From the NCBI GenBank assembly GCA_040954595.2, contig CM082577.2, positions 4,402,305 through 4,466,304 of the forward strand: a stretch of DNA of 64,000 nt, written 5' to 3'. Under the pieces are notes generated by a model. The model saw only the letters and a list, made by a program, of their open reading frames with translations. It made no database searches and was not told where the DNA came from. Positions within the stretch are counted from its first letter, which is position 1. Every line of letters starts with the position of its first letter. Shown here one piece after another: positions 52,801 through 64,000 of the stretch. The translations under genes and the position numbers were made by a program. The DNA is from Balanoglossus misakiensis. Its lineage: Eukaryota > Animalia > Hemichordata.

Positions 52801-52884
52801 GTGGACGGAGGAAGTTGGATGGTGGGCGCTAATTCGGTGTACGAGGCGGAAAAACGCATGGAAATGATGATGTCTAAACTCTAG
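49849..52884 (+). CDS. DECR2: Peroxisomal 2,4-dienoyl-CoA reductase (SDR), 9 coding exons, isoform using terminal exon A
   Basis: [25 protein letters not shown]|[23 protein letters not shown]|[11 protein letters not shown]..|..MDVRK|..GKIDILVN|[31 protein letters not shown]..|[20 protein letters not shown]|[32 protein letters not shown]|..[44 protein letters not shown]. Ends in PTS1 SKL. Confidence 0.95.
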
Positions 52885-53285
52885 TTGTGACGGTCAAGAA
52901 ATAATATGCAGAACATTCAGATTTATTTTAGTTTTATCAATCAATTTCCTGTATTTTTCCCAGTAGATATATTTATAAAATCATCAGCCATACCCATTCA
53001 TCATGTGAAAATCTTCATTCTCAAATGTTTAGACATGTAATGTATCAACAATCATATCCATGAGTAATTTTTCACAAGATAAAGTGACCCACATGTAGAA
53101 CTGGTAAATAAAACAGACAATTAAAGGAATGTATACGAAACCAAGAAATGATGCCAAGTGTTTCAAAAAGAGTGAGCAAACCCTGTCATATACACTGTAC
53201 TCACAACGCATCAGCAAGGATTGAAGAAAGAAGACCCATAGAAACATATCGACCGTTCCCAACAAATTCACATTATTGTTTTTGA

Positions 53286-53474
<189 letters not shown>

Positions 53475-54047
53475 TGTCTCGTATTTGAAAGACGTTCATT
53501 TAAAAAAATCTGGGTCAGGTGGGGAGGTTTTCAGTAGACATCTGATCATCACTTTCGGAGAAAAAAAACCCTGTATTTGCAATTACCAAGTTGAAGAATT
53601 ATTTTAGTTTCAAACATGCAGAAATGTTGTCACATAACAAGGAACCTTTAATCATGTGTCCAGAGTTTATTTATAATTACCATCTATTGTCTATATGACA
53701 TGTTTGTGAGGGAAATATGTAATAAATTGCTGCTTAATGTACAAATCACTCATTGTAATGGTCGTTTTCTGACTTGGGAATGGTTTTCTGGAAGACGGTT
53801 TCTTTGCATCAACAATCATGTCACTGAGAGCACTCTGTCTGCAAGTAGCCATGCTTACCAGGTAAAACACCAAGTTGCATTAAAGGTATACAGCCACCTC
53901 CAATTTACATATGTCCATTGTTACGGTAGAAAAACCGGGAGCAAACAATGGAGAATGTGGTTCAACAACAGAATATTTAATTGAACAACTAGCCTTCTAA
54001 AATCAAAAAGTCGCACAAAAGAAAATGTTCACTATGTGTTTTTACCC

Positions 54048-54441
54048 TGCTTGGTCGAGGAGTTATTGAGTCCACAAAAGTCCTGGCCGAACTCAAGGCA
54101 CAGAAGTCCGTTGCTGACCAAGTCCGTCATTCACAGAAGCCAGTTACTCACAGAAGTCAGTTGCTCACACAAAGTCCGTTGCTCATGAAGTCGGTTGCTC
54201 ACACAAAGTCCGTTGCTCACAGAGTCCAGCCCAGCTAGGTAAATTCCTAATTCCCAAGGCGATGTGGAGCTGGAGCTACGTGCTCCTCCGAGTCAGTGTT
54301 GAGAAGTGTGCCTCGTGGTTTTTTGTGAGAAGGCCTTTTATATGGGTGACCATCTGGTTGTTACTAATATTTAAATGAACTAGTTGAAAAGGCCGGGCCC
54401 TTTGTTATGCAAAGAAAAGCTACCCCTCTCTCGACCAAGCA
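54048..54441 (-). mobile_element. Solo-LTR-like element (394 bp)
   Basis: TG...CA ends with a 12-bp perfect inverted repeat (TGCTTGGTCGAG / CTCGACCAAGCA). Minus-strand TTTGCAT and TATAAAA, internal 18-bp tandem repeats, AATAAC near the 3' end. No clean TSD. Confidence 0.55.
54099..54226. repeat. Imperfect 17-20-bp tandem repeat (CACAGAAGTCMGTTGCT), about 7 units
   Basis: Visible adjacent units without unique spacers, inside the LTR-like element. Confidence 0.8.
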
Positions 54442-54535
54442 ACTAAACAGGGTGTGTCGTAACACCATATATGGCTAACATGGAGTATGCGGGTGTGAAG
54501 ACCAATTGGTGGCCCTCTTTTTGGTATGGCCACCC

Positions 54536-54603
54536 ACTGAAAATCTGTGATTGGCTAGATCTCACTTTGCTATGGTAACGGTTGCTAAATTTGCATAGGT
54601 GAC
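54536..54603 (+). repeat. 68-bp dispersed repeat, copy 1
   Basis: 65 of 68 positions identical to 62512-62579 by manual comparison. Confidence 0.9.
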
Positions 54604-54671
54604 CTTTAACTTCCAAGAAATATGTCAATGTCGAAAAAGACAACAAATTACTGTGTCGAGAAATATATTTC

Positions 54672-55116
54672 TACCGTATCTAATAAACTGTGGTTTTTCT
54701 TGAATTAAAGTTGCACTGATCGCGAAATGTGGTATGGTAAATATATTTTTCACCTCTTTGAATTATACTTGCATTGATTACACCATGTTTTTCGATTCAC
54801 CTCTTTGCATTTGAGTGATTAATTTTCACCAGGAAAAATGTTCACCAAGATATCGTACAGATGAGGTGGTAAATGAAAATATCGCTTTACACTACAAGCC
54901 AGAGTGGATGCTGAAGATCGCAGGAGCTCCAGCCCTTGATCAATAGAATTGAAAGTTCATTACAATTCAAATTGCATTGGTTCATTATTTGCATTGATGA
55001 TGTCGGAAAAACAGTTTGAATTTTACAGCCAGGTTGTAGTTGCATTGATTATGTTATAGAAACTCGCAAGTTATATACTTTGAATTTACACAAACCCGTT
55101 TTACATAGTTACGGTA
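54672..55116. mobile_element. Probable non-autonomous Tc1/mariner-type element
   Basis: TACCGTA...TACGGTA ends with imperfect extended inverted repeats; recurrent internal TTGCATTG motifs. Confidence 0.45.
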
Positions 55117-55244
55117 AAAAATAAAATAGAAGTCTATACTTTAAAATTCTCAGACATGACTTTAAAATGCAGTAAATGCCTGACAGTAAATCGCATTTAT
55201 GCCAATACATGCTAGACTTTACTGCCAAACTGCCGACGTCGAAA

Positions 55245-59925
<4,681 letters not shown>

Positions 59926-62511
59926 CGCGACCTGTTACCTGGGGTCGATGGTCGAACCTATAATACAGATGATTACTTATGATTAGGCCTGTATATGTAA
60001 TATTAATGAGACAGACAGACAGGTAGACAGACAGACAGACAGACATATACACACAGACGACGGTACATATCTATACTGTTGGATCGCTGTTTTGATTCGT
60101 ATAAATTAGGTCACATCATGACCTTCCAGATTAAACGGAAAGTGAATGTTTAATTCATTCAACTTGCGCATAATGTTCATCAGTACGGCGTTGCTAAAAT
60201 AGAATGTCAATAACTGTGTGCATTGAATATCGAATTCATCGTGAATGGCACGCAAGAAACAGGTCGAATTATAGGGTATTTGACCTTTACTCGCAATAAA
60301 TATCAAAATTCCCGTAAAGTAACATTCCAATATCGGATTGAACCCTGCTACAGCGCTTTTTTACAAACCCTCATTCGACACCCAGTAGATTTGCAATCAT
60401 GTTATTTATATTTTAGACACAGCCTAAAATAATCTTTAACTACCATAACCATTAGTACCAATACCGGTTCTTTTGTGTGTGTACATGATATGAAAATCAC
60501 TTAGATGGCGGCCGTTTCGAATCATTTTACACGATATCTGAAACTTAGTTCTTGAAGCTAAATTCTTCACTGAGAAATATTTTCGTATTGGTCCGGGTGA
60601 GAAGCGCGCAGTGCTCGTTTCCATGTTAACGGCCTATTCCCCACGGGAGCCACATTCCACTGAACGACGCATCAAGTCGAGATTCCCCAACAAATCCCCC
60701 ATTTTACGTGCGTCATTGCCCATACAATCTCGTCCTATAGCGTATAGTCGCGGTTGAATGGCCGGCGATTTTGTGTGATCAGGGGCTAGAATAAGAATAG
60801 ATTCACGATCTTGCCACCACTGTTGTGAGCGTCTTTCTATTTAATATGCGCGACGACTCGAACAACTATGTACAGATCGACGAATTTATACAGCAAATAC
60901 TGTAGTTGGATTGACCCTGCTTTACTCTACAAACTCGAATTTATGACTCTCACGACATTCACTTACGCGAGTAGTTTTAGAATGGGTAGTTTACGTGAGA
61001 AAAACATTTCATTCAAATGTCCGAATTGTCATGCAGACGTGGCAATATATATACGATACCGAGGGGTACCTCATTTTCAAATTATTAACATTTGAATATA
61101 ACGACAAGCTTCCCACATAGTACTCGATCAGGTTACATAATGGTTGTAAATCTTCAGTGTGAATGACAATGTATTACCGTAATCGTAGGCGTAGACTACA
61201 GCACAGTATCAAACTGACCTGCGTTCTGACTGACCTGTGGACCTATCTGTTCAAGTGGTTCAAAAATAGTTTTCGTCGCGTGACGATAAAGTCGGTGACT
61301 GTGGTAATTACAGCAGTACGGCCGTCATTTATATACGAAACGCCACCCAAGTTATCACCGATACTCTTGTATGAGTATCACTTCGATGCTGAATTTGATA
61401 CAACGACGGTGTCGACGCGGTCAGATCACTCGTAAGCCGTAAATGCGGGCCCAGGTTGACCCATTTTAATGACGTACGTGGGTTGGGCTGGTTAAGGTAT
61501 TGAACGCTATTATCTTCGCACAAGAAATGACCTGCAATACACTGGAGTAATAAAGAAATGTGTCAATGAAAAAAAAAAGCGACAACAGTGTTTATTTCAG
61601 ATGCGTCCATGTCGTAGCAGAAAACCATATATGCGACGTGCTACAGCTGTTACTACCCAGGCCTGCTTACTACCAGAACGGCAGACGTGGCCTCAACTGC
61701 TACTGGTATTACGCGTAAACGCAACAGCCACATTCCGAAACCCACTGATCGAGATATGTGGAAACTCGTTTATTGATTAGCGTCCGCGGTTTCAAGGTTG
61801 AGTATGCGGCACGGTTTAGTTGTTGTGGGTCGCTGTCCTACTTTTTGGCCGTGGAGAGGTTAATAAACAACTTTGCTCCAAAGACGGTGCCCGCGTATTT
61901 CACAAGGTCAATGACGATTTTACAGCGTGAAATGTTCAATTCAGTCCCGAAAACAAATTCGTTCAGTTTGTTGTTGTGCTCGCCATTATAACGAAGGCCT
62001 AATACGCAACATAATTTCATGTGGAGTATCGCCATACGTACACCGGCCGGTGACACTGTTTGTACTACGTTATGATAGAGCAGGCGTTATGTGTTATACG
62101 CGCAGTTCGCTGTAGTGTCAAGGCAGGGTAATTATGTGAATATTAGAAAGATCCCGAAATAATTGCCTATTTACTTACTCTTGCAGTTGGTCGGTCGTCG
62201 ACAGGGCGATAGCTGAGTGTAAATTTTTTGAGAAACAGTTGCACGCTTCCCCCGGTAGGCTGCGACCAATACACACCGCACGTATTAAAGCAACCTGCTC
62301 TTAACGGTCACGTGACACCACAAGCTCGCTCGGTGCAGAGCGAGCGAGTGTACTGGCATAGGTCACGGTCGGAGTGACCGTCTACGGACCTTTCGTATTC
62401 CAAAGTACGATCGTACCGCTAGCACAAACTTCGACCAACTTGTTTCTAAACACCAATTAATAGGTTATAGGTTATGTGATATAAATCATAGCTATGCAAA
62501 ACCGTGCACCA

Positions 62512-62579
62512 ACTGAAAATCTGTGATTGGCTAGATCTCAATTTGCTATGGTAACAGTTGCTAAATTTACATAGGTGAC
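62512..62579 (+). repeat. 68-bp dispersed repeat, copy 2
   Basis: Near-identical to 54536-54603, same orientation. Confidence 0.9.
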
Positions 62580-64000
62580 TGTATACTTTTAACATGTACC
62601 GACAACTGAGTGCCAACGTAAACAAACGCAGCGTATTGCGCGATCAAAATGTTCACTTTCGATAGAATCGATCCCGTCCCAAATACATAAATTAGGCTGC
62701 AACTAGACTGTCGACAGCCGTTCGTGTCGTCCTGGCCGTTGTTTCGCGTATATAAACTGTATAGTTTCACCTTCGGCGCACGATGTCGAAATCGCTCGTG
62801 TGTGATATTGACTGCGTCGCTGTTGATAGACAACGAAGGGGTGAGCTACTGACAGACAAGGATGAAAAACATTATACGTTCACCAAGTTATTTCAGGCGG
62901 TGGAGAATTCGTAGTGTATTTTCGGCGGACAAAAGAAAGGAACGCGAAACGTTGCGCGCTATTGTGCGTTTTTTATAGAACACGAAACAACAGATTTTCA
63001 AACAAAGTACAATATGCAGGCGGATATCAAGAAAGACAAGACTCGCTGTCGGAGAAGCATAAAAGCATACCTATAGGACATGGCGGAATAAAGTTAATGG
63101 AGTCGAGTCGTCCTGGCTGAGAATGCAGCTTGACAAATGAGTCCCCCGTAATTGCAACGAGATATCCTACCAGAAATTTTCCGCTTGTCGATTTGTACAC
63201 GCCGATGAAATTGTCAAACACACGTTAGATTCGAGTTCCGAAGTCTAACAACAAGAACTAACCCCACTAAACATGCTAAAGCTCGACCCGTATCAGGTTA
63301 GACAAAAGTAGGTCGTGTCAAAATTAAAATAGGGCAAGGTTGCGGTAAAATCGGGCAGACGATATCTCGTTATCTCTGTTCGACCTCGCAATCGGATGTC
63401 CAGGCATGCAGGGTTGGTAACATCATGTGTGAAATAGCGTGAGATGTATCACAAATACTGGTGCAACAGTCGAACTGCATTTTGATTCCTCAAATTAACG
63501 GACTACCTAGACCTGCCCCGAGCATATGAGCTAAATCATGTCCTAGTGAATTTAATAAATTTTAGAAATGGGATCGGTCGCGTAAGTCAAAACGTCTACT
63601 GTACAAGTGCTGCATGTTTAAATTACAGAAATGAATAGGAGAGGCCATTATGTGTTATGAAAGGAAATGTAATGGTGACACTGCACCCAAACGGTAACCT
63701 AAAAGATACATCAGATCTTATGATGTAATTGAGACCAGCTGAAAACTGAACTTCGATTTTCTCCTTTGTCGCCGCATGGCAACTCTTGTTATTCTTGCCT
63801 GCTGTGGACGATTTTTTTCCTAAGGTAATCCCTTCGGATTTCCAAAATCCCCCAGATCCCAGTATGTCACGTGGTGCATCACCTCTGGGTCCAGAACCGT
63901 AACTTTATCCAGGTATGAAGAACGGTGTGTTTGTGTGCGAACTATTACTTTTAGGATATTTTATCCGACTTTTGGGTAGGGATACATTTAGGTGGTGAGG

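Noticed and set aside
54099-54226. Short repeat array resembling CRISPR
   Set aside because: Units are adjacent and degenerate with no unique spacers, there are no cas genes, and the context is eukaryotic.
60000-64000. Small ORFs and scattered splice-like signals at the right end
   Set aside because: No coherent coding exon chain or recognisable homology; may hold untranslated exons that cannot be supported from sequence alone.

Overview
Intron-rich, AT-rich animal genomic DNA. It is probably from an invertebrate deuterostome (inferred from gene structure and repeat style, not verified). Five protein-coding genes can be rebuilt by hand from GT-AG exons: PGAP1 (-), a single-coding-exon GT32/DXD glycosyltransferase (+), IFT140 (-), peroxisomal DECR2 (+) and a 4-coumarate-CoA-ligase/firefly-luciferase-like acyl-CoA synthetase (-). 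The rest is intergenic or intronic, with MITEs, a solo-LTR-like element, microsatellites and decayed transposon relics. The most notable signals concern splicing. (1) DECR2 has two intact, homologous, alternative terminal exons, both ending in the PTS1 signal SKL. (2) The three longest IFT140 coding introns hide frame-preserving, phase-matched cassette microexon candidates (9, 9, 18, 27, 45, 51, 63 nt), some flanked by TGCATG/TGC motifs; four lie in the intron that appears to host TMEM204 in human. (3) The acyl-CoA ligase has a mitochondrial-type presequence, a second in-frame Met and a PTS1-like end, plus a possible decayed duplicate exon. No tools were run; exon boundaries were read manually and all alternative splicing is predicted, not demonstrated.
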